From contig JAUXOG010000043.1 of the NCBI GenBank assembly GCA_030682385.1, positions 34,473-98,472 of the forward strand: a stretch of 64,000 nucleotides of DNA, in the 5' to 3' direction. The notes beneath the pieces are model-generated. The model saw nothing but the letters and a program-made list of their open reading frames with translations, had not been told where the DNA came from and made no database searches. Position 1 is the first letter of the stretch. Each line of letters starts with the position of its first letter. A program made the position numbers and the translations under genes. Of this stretch, positions 10,576-19,358 are shown piece after piece. This DNA is from Bacteroidota bacterium. Lineage in GTDB: Bacteria > Bacteroidota > Ignavibacteria > UBA10030 > BY39.

Positions 10576-11343
10576 ATGACACTGAAAACTACATACTTAA
10601 TCTTTTTTGTGTTGATAACAATTATGTTTCTGCTCTTGTGCGGATTTGCTAACCAATGGAAGCAAATTATTGTAGTAGAAAAAGTAGAAGTGCAGGGTAT
10701 ATATATTCTTCCTGAAAGAGATGTTGTAAAATTAGCTGCTGTCAGATTCGGTAATCCGATTTTTGAAATTAATCTCGACAGCATACGAACAGGGCTTTTG
10801 CGTAATGAATACGTTGAAGAAGCAAATATCAGCAGGAGCTTTTCGGGAACACTGCATATTGCAATTCGTGAACGGAAACCGATCGGTTCGTTGATGTTCA
10901 ATAAAATGTGGTACGTTGATGATAATGGTACTTTGTTGAGTAAAATTCCCGCGAGTGTGGTTCTCGACCTTCCAATAATTTCAGGAGTGAAGCTAGAACC
11001 GGAAAAAATTAAAGGGGGAACAGTAATTTCTAATACCGATGTTCAAACGGCGATTTCAATATTATCGGAAGTAATGAAAATTGATGACGATTTGTATTTC
11101 TTAATTTCTGAAATAGATCTCAATTACGGAAAAGACATCATAATTCATTCGGCAGATTATGGTGTGCCGATAAATTTAGGACGCGGTAACTACAGTCATA
11201 AGTTGAAATTGCTTTCAGCTTTTTGGCAGAAGTATGTTGTTACACGCGGTTCACAAAATTTAGAGTCGGTAGATGTGCGTTTTAAAAATCAACTTGTCGT
11301 CAAATGGAAAGAAGAACACAAAGCAAAAGATAGAACGATATAA
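10576..11343 (+). CDS. ftsQ: Cell division protein FtsQ/DivIB
   Basis: N-terminal TM, POTRA-like region with IRERKP, C-terminal VDVRFKNQLVV; directly upstream of ftsA. Confidence 0.88.
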   Translation: MTLKTTYLIFFVLITIMFLLLCGFANQWKQIIVVEKVEVQGIYILPERDVVKLAAVRFGNPIFEINLDSIRTGLLRNEYVEEANISRSFSGTLHIAIRERKPIGSLMFNKMWYVDDNGTLLSKIPASVVLDLPIISGVKLEPEKIKGGTVISNTDVQTAISILSEVMKIDDDLYFLISEIDLNYGKDIIIHSADYGVPINLGRGNYSHKLKLLSAFWQKYVVTRGSQNLESVDVRFKNQLVVKWKEEHKAKDRTI

Positions 11344-11354
11344 AAAGGAATAAA

Positions 11355-12590
11355 ATGGAGAATGAAATTTTAGTAGGACTTGATATTGGCACAACAAAAG
11401 TTTGTGCGGTTGTAGCAAAAATTGATGAGCAATCGAATATAAATATTTTAGGTGTCGGCTTAAGTCCGTCCGACGGATTGACGCGTGGGGTTGTAACTAA
11501 TATTGAAAAAACAGTCCGTTCGATTAACAGTGCAGTAGCTGAAGCTGAGACGAGATCGGGTATTCAAATTCAATCAGTGATTGCAGGAATAGCCGGCGAG
11601 CATATACAAAGTTTTCAAAGCCGTGGTGTAATTGCAATAAGCAATCCCGAAAACGATATAACTAAAGCTGATGTCGATCGCTTGATCGAAGATACAAAGC
11701 GTGTTGCCCTTCCTTCCGATCGAAAAATTATACACGTTATCCCACAAGAGTTTATTATCGATGGACAAGATGGTGTGAAGGATCCGGTCGGGATGTCGGG
11801 TGTTCGGTTAGAAGCAAATGTACATATTATTACCGGTTTGATTTCGGCAGCTCAAAATATACACAAATGTGTTGAACGAGCCGGACTTCAAATTTATGAT
11901 ATGGTACTTGAACCGCTTGCTTCAAGTTATGCCGTTTTAGATGATGAAGAAAAAGAAGTCGGTGTTGCTTTGTTAGATATAGGTGGCGGAACAACCGACC
12001 TTGCAGTATTCGAGGATAAAACGATTCGCCACACTGCTGTAATTCCCATTGCGGGTAATCAGGTTACAAACGACCTGCGTAAAGTGCTTGGAATTTTAAC
12101 CGAGCAAGCAGAGAAGTTGAAATGCCAGAATGGTTTTGCTTACCTACCAAGTGTGGTTGATGATGGTCCAATAATTCTTCCCGGCATCGGCGGCAGACCA
12201 CCGTTAGAAGTGGATAAGCGACTTGTTGCACAAATAATTCAGCCACGAATGGAAGAGATATTAGAGATTGCTTTATTGGAAATTAAACGATCAGGATCAT
12301 CGAAACATTTAGGTGCAGGTATTGTACTGACCGGTGGCGGTTCGCTGATAAAAGGTACCGCAGAATTAGCAAAAGAAGTTTTAGGAATGCCTGTAAAAAT
12401 TGGAATCCCATCAGGATTTAAAGCCGGTTTAGTTCGTGAGGTTGAAAATCCGATATATGCTACAAGTGTGGGTTTAGTTTTGTACGGCTTGCGAAATCGT
12501 GCACTCCGCTTATCCGGACGGAATGGAAAGAAAAAAGGTTCAGTAAAAAAAGTTTACGAATTTATGAAAGACTGGTATAAGAATATTTAA
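11355..12590 (+). CDS. ftsA: Cell division protein FtsA
   Basis: Motifs GLDIGTTK, DIGGGTTD and GIVLTGGGS. Confidence 0.98.
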   Translation: MENEILVGLDIGTTKVCAVVAKIDEQSNINILGVGLSPSDGLTRGVVTNIEKTVRSINSAVAEAETRSGIQIQSVIAGIAGEHIQSFQSRGVIAISNPENDITKADVDRLIEDTKRVALPSDRKIIHVIPQEFIIDGQDGVKDPVGMSGVRLEANVHIITGLISAAQNIHKCVERAGLQIYDMVLEPLASSYAVLDDEEKEVGVALLDIGGGTTDLAVFEDKTIRHTAVIPIAGNQVTNDLRKVLGILTEQAEKLKCQNGFAYLPSVVDDGPIILPGIGGRPPLEVDKRLVAQIIQPRMEEILEIALLEIKRSGSSKHLGAGIVLTGGGSLIKGTAELAKEVLGMPVKIGIPSGFKAGLVREVENPIYATSVGLVLYGLRNRALRLSGRNGKKKGSVKKVYEFMKDWYKNI

Positions 12591-12629
12591 TTAATTAATT
12601 TTTTCAAAACAAAATAAGGAGATACTGAG

Positions 12630-13805
12630 ATGATAGAACTCGATTATAATTTTGACCGTGGTGCAAAAATCCGCGTCGTCGGTGTAGGCGGCGGCGGTGG
12701 AAATGCGATCAACAGTATGATTGATATGGGCTTGAATGGTGTAGATTTTTTTGTAATCAACACCGATTTACAAGCACTTGAAAGAAGCAAGGCACCCAAC
12801 AAAATCCAAGTCGGAAAAAACCTGACTCGCGGTTTAGGCGCCGGAGCTGATCCCCAAACCGGTATGCGTGCAGTAGAAGAAGACAGAGACGAGTTAGCAC
12901 GGGCATTAGCCGGAAGCGATATGGTATTTGTTACAGCCGGAATGGGCGGCGGCACAGGTACAGGTGGTGCGCCAATCGTTGCCAACATTGCCAAAAGTAT
13001 AAATGCGTTAGTAGTCGGAATCGTTACTAAACCGTTCAATGTCGAAGGTAAGCATCGTATGGCAAATGCTGATGCCGGTCTCGAAGAACTGAAAAAGCAT
13101 GTTGATACACTCATCATAATTCCAAATCAAAAATTAATTTCAATAGTTGACAGAGATACGCCGCTTACCGCAGCTTTCAATAAAGCCAACGAGGTGTTAT
13201 ATAATGCAACCCGCGGTATCTCCGATATCATAACTGTTCCCGGTTATGTTAACCGTGATTTTGCCGACATCAGAACAATTATGAAGGAAGCAGGCGATGC
13301 TTTAATGGGTACGGGCAGAGCTAGCGGCGAAAATCGTGCAGTCGAGGCAGCTCACGCAGCAATTTCAAGTCCTTTACTCGATGGTGTGTCTATCGCAGGT
13401 GCACAAGGTGTGCTTGTTAATGTTTGCGGCGGTCCAAATATGTCGCTGGTCGAAGCCGATGAAGCAGTTCAAGTAATTCACGATGCTGCCGGTGAAGATG
13501 CTAACATCATTATGGGATATGTTGTAGATGAATCTTTTGGCGACGATATAATGGTTACAGTTATCGCTACCGGTTTTAACCGACGCGGCATAGGTTCTGT
13601 CCGTCCTGTCAAAAGAGATATTAAGATTGTCGAAAGAATTCCGGCAGGGATACAAGACATCAGAACTTTAGATGAACCGACAATAATCAGAAAAGGTATT
13701 GATATACATTCCCAGATTCATAAATCGTACATCATCGAGGATCAGGAACGGATATTCAAAACCGATTCAAGCAAACCGGCATTTTTAAGAAAAATTATGG
13801 ATTAG
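12630..13805 (+). CDS. ftsZ: Cell division protein FtsZ
   Basis: GVGGGGGNA, tubulin signature GMGGGTGTG, C-terminal PAFLRK peptide. Confidence 0.99.
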   Translation: MIELDYNFDRGAKIRVVGVGGGGGNAINSMIDMGLNGVDFFVINTDLQALERSKAPNKIQVGKNLTRGLGAGADPQTGMRAVEEDRDELARALAGSDMVFVTAGMGGGTGTGGAPIVANIAKSINALVVGIVTKPFNVEGKHRMANADAGLEELKKHVDTLIIIPNQKLISIVDRDTPLTAAFNKANEVLYNATRGISDIITVPGYVNRDFADIRTIMKEAGDALMGTGRASGENRAVEAAHAAISSPLLDGVSIAGAQGVLVNVCGGPNMSLVEADEAVQVIHDAAGEDANIIMGYVVDESFGDDIMVTVIATGFNRRGIGSVRPVKRDIKIVERIPAGIQDIRTLDEPTIIRKGIDIHSQIHKSYIIEDQERIFKTDSSKPAFLRKIMD

Positions 13806-13865
13806 AAGGAAAATAAAATAAGCTACACCTAAATAAAATATCATTAACTAATTACAAAGGTTCTT

Positions 13866-16133
13866 ATGAAGCAATGTTTTGTATTAGCTGTAATTTTAGG
13901 ATTTCTTTTTACATTCGCAGTATTTGCCCAGCAATTAGAAATCCATCATATCAACGTAGGACAGGCAGATGCAACGTTGATCAAATCACCAACAGGTATT
14001 ACGGTCTTAATTGATGGTGGTAATACTGGAAATGGAACAAATATAATTCGACCATATTTAACTTCACTCGGTATTACGTATCTCAATTATGTAATATGTT
14101 CACATTATCATGCAGACCACATAGGTGGTTTGGATGAAGTGATAAATGGAATGGGCGCTTCTAACATCGGTGCAGTATATGACAGAGGACGAGATGCACC
14201 ACTGCCTACTACAGTCGCATTTACTGATTATGAAATTGCTGCTAATTCAACCGGTCGCCGATATAAAGTTGCACTCGGTCAAGTACTCGATCTTGGCGGG
14301 GGGTTAACAATGAAATGCGTAGCTACCGATGGTGAAGTATTAAATTTCGGAGTTGTACCCGGTGCTACAGGGAGTGAAAACGATTTAAGTATTGGCTGGC
14401 TGCTTAACTTTAATACGTTCCAATACTTTACCGGAGGAGATTTAGGCGGTGAATCCACTTCCTATGCCGACAACGAAACTCCTCTCGCACCTCAAGTAGG
14501 TGATGTTGACGCATTTAAAATCAATCATCACGGAAGTCAGTACAGCACAAACCAGACATTTGTTAACACGCTGCAACCGGAAGTTGGAATAATACCGGTA
14601 GGCACTAACACATACGGCCATCCAACACAAATAGTTCTTGACCGTCTTGACGTTGCAAATTGTTATATCTATCAAACTGCTACTGGTTCAGGCGGAACAA
14701 TCCCATCGGGTGCAGGAGTTGTAGCTAATAATCATGTTATTTTAAAAACTTCAGGTACAAGCTATACCGTAACGTATGGTACAACTACTCATTCATATAC
14801 GGGTGATGGTGGTTCAGGGGATGTAACGCCTCCGGTAATTTCGGGCGTCAATGCCTCATCAATTACTTCAACAGGCGCGACGATTAACTGGATAACAGAC
14901 GAAGCATCCAATTCTGTTGTGGAGTATGGCTTAACAACTTCTTATGGTTCATCGTCGTCAAATGCGACTATGGTTACAAGTCACAGTATTACTTTAACAG
15001 GTCTAAGCGCAAGTACAATATATCATTATCGGGTAAAATCAACGGATGCTGCTAACAACACTGCTACATCAGTCGATTATACATTCACAACGCTGAGTAA
15101 CGATGTAACACCACCTATAATCTCGAGTGTTCAAGTAATTAACCTTACTACAACAGGTGCCACAATTAACTGGACAACTGATGAAGCATCCAATTCTGTT
15201 GTTGAGTATGGATTAACAACATCTTATGGCTCATCAACAACAGATGCAAGCATGGTAACGAGCCACAGTGTTACACTTAGCGGACTTTCTGCCGGGGCGG
15301 TTTATCACTACCGTGTAAAATCTACTGATGCTGCCGGCAATACTACAACCGATGTTGATCACTCATTCCAAACCGGCGCTCCTTATACTTATGTCGCATC
15401 CGCAACAACGATTACGAGCGGAAGTCTCAGTTCCGGAACTTACTCAAACCTCGCAACTAATAATGCAAGTTATTATGTATTAAATTCTACAACAACTGGA
15501 ACAAGAATAACCGATTGGTATGGAAGTGTAACTATTGCTCAGGTACCATCTTCTATTTCTAAACTCACCGTAACCTATGACGGAAAGTATTCGCGAACCA
15601 CAACCCAAACACTTCATTTGTACAATTGGGCAACTTCAGCGTGGGCGCAGATTGATTCCCGTTCAGTCGGAACATCCGATGTAACGGTTACAAATGTTCA
15701 AGTATCTCCTGCAAACTATATTTCTACATCGGGTGTAATTCGTTTACGAGTGTACGGTACGGGTGGAACGAAGAATTATACATGTTCGGGCGACTTTATG
15801 CAGTTCGTAGTGGATGCTGCCGGTTCAGTTATTTCGAAACCCGGAATTTCAGGCATAGAAAATACTCCCACCACGTTTGCGCTATACCAGAACTATCCTA
15901 ATCCGTTCAATCCGGCAACAACTATCAAATATCAGATTCCGGATGCTATGAATGTAACTTTAAATGTGTATGATATGTTAGGAAGAGAAGTTGCTACTTT
16001 AGTTAATGGATTTGTAGATGCCGGTTCTCACGAAGTTGTATGGGATGCTGCAAATTATCCGAGTGGAGTTTATGTGTATAAACTCACCATGGGTAACCAT
16101 TATGAAATGAAAAAGATGTTGTTAGTCAAATAA
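13866..16133 (+). CDS. Secreted ComEC/Rec2-like metallo-beta-lactamase-fold hydrolase with two FN3-like repeats and a T9SS C-terminal domain
   Basis: Signal peptide; NVGQADA, SHYHADHIGG, FTGGDL, NHHGS and YGHP motifs; two DVTPP...YHYRVKSTDAA repeats; C-terminal LYQNYPNPFNP...KKMLLVK. Confidence 0.85.
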   Translation: MKQCFVLAVILGFLFTFAVFAQQLEIHHINVGQADATLIKSPTGITVLIDGGNTGNGTNIIRPYLTSLGITYLNYVICSHYHADHIGGLDEVINGMGASNIGAVYDRGRDAPLPTTVAFTDYEIAANSTGRRYKVALGQVLDLGGGLTMKCVATDGEVLNFGVVPGATGSENDLSIGWLLNFNTFQYFTGGDLGGESTSYADNETPLAPQVGDVDAFKINHHGSQYSTNQTFVNTLQPEVGIIPVGTNTYGHPTQIVLDRLDVANCYIYQTATGSGGTIPSGAGVVANNHVILKTSGTSYTVTYGTTTHSYTGDGGSGDVTPPVISGVNASSITSTGATINWITDEASNSVVEYGLTTSYGSSSSNATMVTSHSITLTGLSASTIYHYRVKSTDAANNTATSVDYTFTTLSNDVTPPIISSVQVINLTTTGATINWTTDEASNSVVEYGLTTSYGSSTTDASMVTSHSVTLSGLSAGAVYHYRVKSTDAAGNTTTDVDHSFQTGAPYTYVASATTITSGSLSSGTYSNLATNNASYYVLNSTTTGTRITDWYGSVTIAQVPSSISKLTVTYDGKYSRTTTQTLHLYNWATSAWAQIDSRSVGTSDVTVTNVQVSPANYISTSGVIRLRVYGTGGTKNYTCSGDFMQFVVDAAGSVISKPGISGIENTPTTFALYQNYPNPFNPATTIKYQIPDAMNVTLNVYDMLGREVATLVNGFVDAGSHEVVWDAANYPSGVYVYKLTMGNHYEMKKMLLVK

Positions 16134-16162
16134 TTTTCAATCTCCAAATATTGTTTAATTCG

Positions 16163-16200
16163 ACCTCCGGAATCTCAAAATTTCGGAGGTGTTTATTTTT
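16163..16200 (+). terminator. Putative intrinsic terminator
   Basis: ACCTCCG(G)AA...TTTCGGAGGT hairpin followed by a T-rich tail, 30 nt after the stop codon. Confidence 0.65.
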
Positions 16201-16201
16201 C

Positions 16202-16230
16202 TTGACTTAATCGTAACATAAATTTATATT
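16202..16230 (+). promoter_or_regulatory. sigma70-like promoter
   Basis: TTGACT-N17-TATATT upstream of the CBS gene; the same pattern recurs at 17355, 30525 (minus), 39333 and 53256. Confidence 0.6.
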
Positions 16231-16270
16231 CATACTATCGAATGTGTGAAATTAAAAAAAGGAACCTGTT

Positions 16271-16717
16271 ATGAATGCCAAAAAAATATTGGAATTAAAG
16301 GACCATAAAATCTATCAAATCAGGGAGGAGGCAGTTGTTTTTGAAGCGATAGAAGAATTGACTAAAAATAAAGTCGGGTTGCTGATTGTTAAGAATTCGA
16401 GCGGCGATATTTCGGGTGTCCTCTCAGAGCGCGACATCATACGAAAATGTGTTTCTCAAAAAAAGGATCCGCAGCAACTTAGAGTTAGTGAAATAATGAC
16501 TCCGCGCGAAAAAATAGTTGTCGCAGGAGAAGAAGATGATATTCAAAGTTTGATGAATACAATGAATGAAAAAAGGATCAGGCACCTCCCGGTATTCAGA
16601 GGCAAAGAAATGACGGGAGTTGTATCAATCGGTGACATCATAAAAAATATGCTCGAGATAAAGGATTACGAAATTAAAACATTGATAGAGTATATTTCAG
16701 GAAAATATCCGAGATAA
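16271..16717 (+). CDS. CBS-domain pair protein
   Basis: GVLSERDIIRK, VSEIMT, RIRHLPV and GVVSIGDIIK. Confidence 0.92.
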   Translation: MNAKKILELKDHKIYQIREEAVVFEAIEELTKNKVGLLIVKNSSGDISGVLSERDIIRKCVSQKKDPQQLRVSEIMTPREKIVVAGEEDDIQSLMNTMNEKRIRHLPVFRGKEMTGVVSIGDIIKNMLEIKDYEIKTLIEYISGKYPR

Positions 16718-16723
16718 AAATTA

Positions 16724-17341
16724 TTGGGTAAGAGTAAAAGAGTTTTCTCTTCAATCGTAGGCATCGACTTAGCCGGAAGTCCTAAGCGGAACACGGGTAT
16801 TTGTTTACTGAAAGGGAAAACCGTAGATAAGTATGCTACTGTGTATTCAGATTCAGAAATAATTTCTTTTGTGGAAGAAGCTAAGCCAATGCTTGTAGCA
16901 ATAGATGCACCCTTAAATCTACCACCAGGACGAAAAAATATTGACGACAGGAACGGCGAGCATTTCCGTCCGTGCGATAGGGAGTTGTTGAAACGCGGTA
17001 TCAGGTTCTTTCCGATTACACTTGGTCCAATGCGTTCTCTGACTGTCCGTGGGATTAAACTGAAAAAAATTTTGAAACGTAAAGGTTATGAGGTAATAGA
17101 AATTTACCCCGGTGCCGCTCAGGATGTTTGGGGTATTCCAAGAAAACAAAAAGGACTTTCAAAACTCAGAAAAGGTTTAGAAAAGCTTGGCTTGAAAGGG
17201 TTAAACAACAAGATGAACGGCGATGAACTTGACGCTATTACAGGGGCATTGACCGGCAAATTGTTTCTGCAGGGAAAAGCTGAAGTTTTAGGAAATTGCA
17301 AAGGAGGGGCAATAATAGACCCCAAAAACATAAAGTTATAA
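16724..17341 (+). CDS. DUF429-family protein (predicted RNase H-like fold)
   Basis: GIDLAG, AIDAPL, IEIYPGA and DELDAI motifs. Confidence 0.8.
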   Translation: MGKSKRVFSSIVGIDLAGSPKRNTGICLLKGKTVDKYATVYSDSEIISFVEEAKPMLVAIDAPLNLPPGRKNIDDRNGEHFRPCDRELLKRGIRFFPITLGPMRSLTVRGIKLKKILKRKGYEVIEIYPGAAQDVWGIPRKQKGLSKLRKGLEKLGLKGLNNKMNGDELDAITGALTGKLFLQGKAEVLGNCKGGAIIDPKNIKL

Positions 17342-17354
17342 GTAGCCCGAATTG

Positions 17355-17383
17355 TTGATTTCTTCAAAACAACTTTTTATATT
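17355..17383 (+). promoter_or_regulatory. sigma70-like promoter (Pc-like) upstream of the attI-like site and YaaC cassette
   Basis: TTGATT-N17-TATATT. Confidence 0.55.
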
Positions 17384-17436
17384 CACACTGTATCAATTCG
17401 GGAATAAATGGTAGTATTTATATATAGATAGAAGTT

Positions 17437-17457
17437 CAGTATAAATAATAGTTAGCT
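17437..17457 (+). other. attI-like recombination site A
   Basis: CAGTATAAATAATAGTT is 16/17 identical to the site heading the 27-30 kb array. The following GTTAGCTAGC is complementary (9/10) to GCTGGCTAAC just after the YaaC stop. Confidence 0.65.
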
Positions 17458-17485
17458 AGCATTATTCAATATTAATATCGTTTCT

Positions 17486-18496
17486 ATGGGAATTGGATTA
17501 AAATATCAAGGTTCTTTTCAAACTATAGGAATTAAATATCCAAGCGAAAATCCCTTGTCTGAGCTTTGGTCTCGAATTGATCAACTCGGTTCTTCAGCTT
17601 TTTTGCATAATTCTATACGTAAGTTAACATCAGATGAAGAATTTGAGAAACTCATTGAATATTCGTCTTTAAGGATCCGTCAAGGAGTCCAGTTTCGTGA
17701 AGCTTCAAGTGGATCAAGGCAATTAACTTCACCTCTCACCTTGTATTATTCATACTTAAATTTGACTCGCGCTATTCTTGCCTTAAAGACTAGTTGCATT
17801 CCTTCCAAAGGACATGGGCTGAAATTAGTGGAATCAAATAGTCTCCTACAATGTGCTGCAAAAACGGGAGAAGGTACTTTTCAAGAATATCTCAAGACTT
17901 TGGGTGTTGATCTCCAAAATAATACAACCTTCAGTTTGCAATATGTGCTTTCCCACATTGTTGAATTCACAAATGACAAGGCAATAGACCGAATGCTTGT
18001 GATACCTCCTTGTGCAATTTCTATTTATGTGGATGCTGAAATAGATGGTCCGGTTCTTTTGCGCTTTCCACCAGCCCTGAAAGAATTTAGAAATGATTGG
18101 TCGATAGAATTTCCACATCTAAAAGGAATATGCTCTTTAGCTTCCGAAGGAAATGTTTTATTGGTTAATCAAGAGTTTACGAATGATAATTCATATTATG
18201 AAATATCGAAATTCTGCTCTGATCATTTATTGCCAAGTCTTACAATTCAAGAAATACCAACTTGGTATTTATTAAGAAATATAGATGATAAAAAAGTATT
18301 GCCACGCACTGCTTATTATTTTATCGCAAGTTTTATTCTTGGTAGTCTCGTGCGATATCAGCCAGAATCACTTCAGGATGCAATGGATGTTAATTCTGAA
18401 ATTAATTGGCTTATTAGACGTTTTATTTCTTATAGCGAAAGATTCTATCCTCAACTGATGTTATGCTGGCTCTATGGTAAACAAATATATTTTTAA
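17486..18496 (+). CDS. YaaC-like protein carried as an apparent gene cassette
   Basis: PLTLYYSYLNL, HGL and LGSLVRYQP motifs typical of the YaaC family; cassette-type ends. Confidence 0.75.
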   Translation: MGIGLKYQGSFQTIGIKYPSENPLSELWSRIDQLGSSAFLHNSIRKLTSDEEFEKLIEYSSLRIRQGVQFREASSGSRQLTSPLTLYYSYLNLTRAILALKTSCIPSKGHGLKLVESNSLLQCAAKTGEGTFQEYLKTLGVDLQNNTTFSLQYVLSHIVEFTNDKAIDRMLVIPPCAISIYVDAEIDGPVLLRFPPALKEFRNDWSIEFPHLKGICSLASEGNVLLVNQEFTNDNSYYEISKFCSDHLLPSLTIQEIPTWYLLRNIDDKKVLPRTAYYFIASFILGSLVRYQPESLQDAMDVNSEINWLIRRFISYSERFYPQLMLCWLYGKQIYF

Positions 18497-18498
18497 GT

Positions 18499-18525
18499 GC
18501 TGGCTAACCAGACGCTAGCTGACAG
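18499..18525 (+). mobile_element. Truncated attC (left arm only)
   Basis: GGCTAAC-CAGACGCTAGCTGAC resembles ACCTAAC-CAGTCGCTCAAGCAGAC of the attC at 28770 (minus). No right arm was found. Confidence 0.6.
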
Positions 18526-18644
18526 CAGCGAAACAGGTTTGTAAAAAGTCTGTTTGTAAATTAAAAAGGACAATAACGACTAAAGCGACTTTTAACTGTC
18601 CTTACTGTCGTTTAAGTCCTACAGAATATCATAGGTACGGCAAT

Positions 18645-19223
18645 ATGGGTGAGAAGCAATACAATAAAGATGGATTTATTCCGCAGCATGGCGGCTACCA
18701 AAAATTGCTTTCATACAAGAAAGCCGAAATAATCTATGACGGCACTGTATATTTTTGCAAAAGGTTTTTTGAAAAAAGAGACCGCACTATAGGCCAAATG
18801 GTGCAGGCGGCTCGTAGTGGTAAACAAAATATCGCAGAAGCAAGTATGGGATCAGGCACTTCCAAAGAAGCCGAAATTAAACTAACAAATGTAGCACGAG
18901 CAAGTCTTGAAGAATTGTTAATCGACTATAGAGATTTTCTTCGAACGAGAGGTTTAAAAGAATGGGAAAAAGCCCACCCTTATGTTGCCCGATTACGCGA
19001 ACTTAATAAAGACCCAAACGGAAACTACGAAACATTCCGTAAGGGCATCGAAAACAAAGACCCCGAAATTTGCGCTAATGTAATTATGGGTTTGATAAAA
19101 GTAGCTTCTTTTTTGTTAGCCCGACAAATAAAGCACTTAGAGGAAGAATTTCTCAAAGAAGGAGATTTACGAGAGAGAATGACTCGCGCGAGACTTAAAG
19201 AAATTAAAAAAGGACAGAAATGA
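18645..19223 (+). CDS. Four-helix-bundle protein with suffix domain (23S rRNA IVS/Avd-like fold)
   Basis: HGGYQKL, RTIGQMVQAARSGKQNIAEAS, NVARASLEELL.DY.DFL and F..EG.LRERM. Confidence 0.88.
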   Translation: MGEKQYNKDGFIPQHGGYQKLLSYKKAEIIYDGTVYFCKRFFEKRDRTIGQMVQAARSGKQNIAEASMGSGTSKEAEIKLTNVARASLEELLIDYRDFLRTRGLKEWEKAHPYVARLRELNKDPNGNYETFRKGIENKDPEICANVIMGLIKVASFLLARQIKHLEEEFLKEGDLRERMTRARLKEIKKGQK

Positions 19224-19358
19224 TTTAAACGATTTTTTAAAAGTCATTGCCCTCCTTATAGTCATTTAAAACCAGATAATTATCACAAGGGCAAGAATGC
19301 AGGAAATAGAAAAAGTGAATATCATCGAAGGCAAAAAGTAATGCGGCTAAAGCATTTA

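Noticed and set aside
17343-17349. TAGCCCG about 105-108 nt upstream of both attI-like crossovers (also 30453-30447, minus)
   Set aside because: Only 7 bp with no further alignable sequence, so it may be chance. Worth rechecking if more sites are found.
18645-19223. Diversity-generating retroelement suggested by the Avd-like four-helix bundle
   Set aside because: No reverse transcriptase and no template/variable repeat pair with adenine-specific mismatches nearby.
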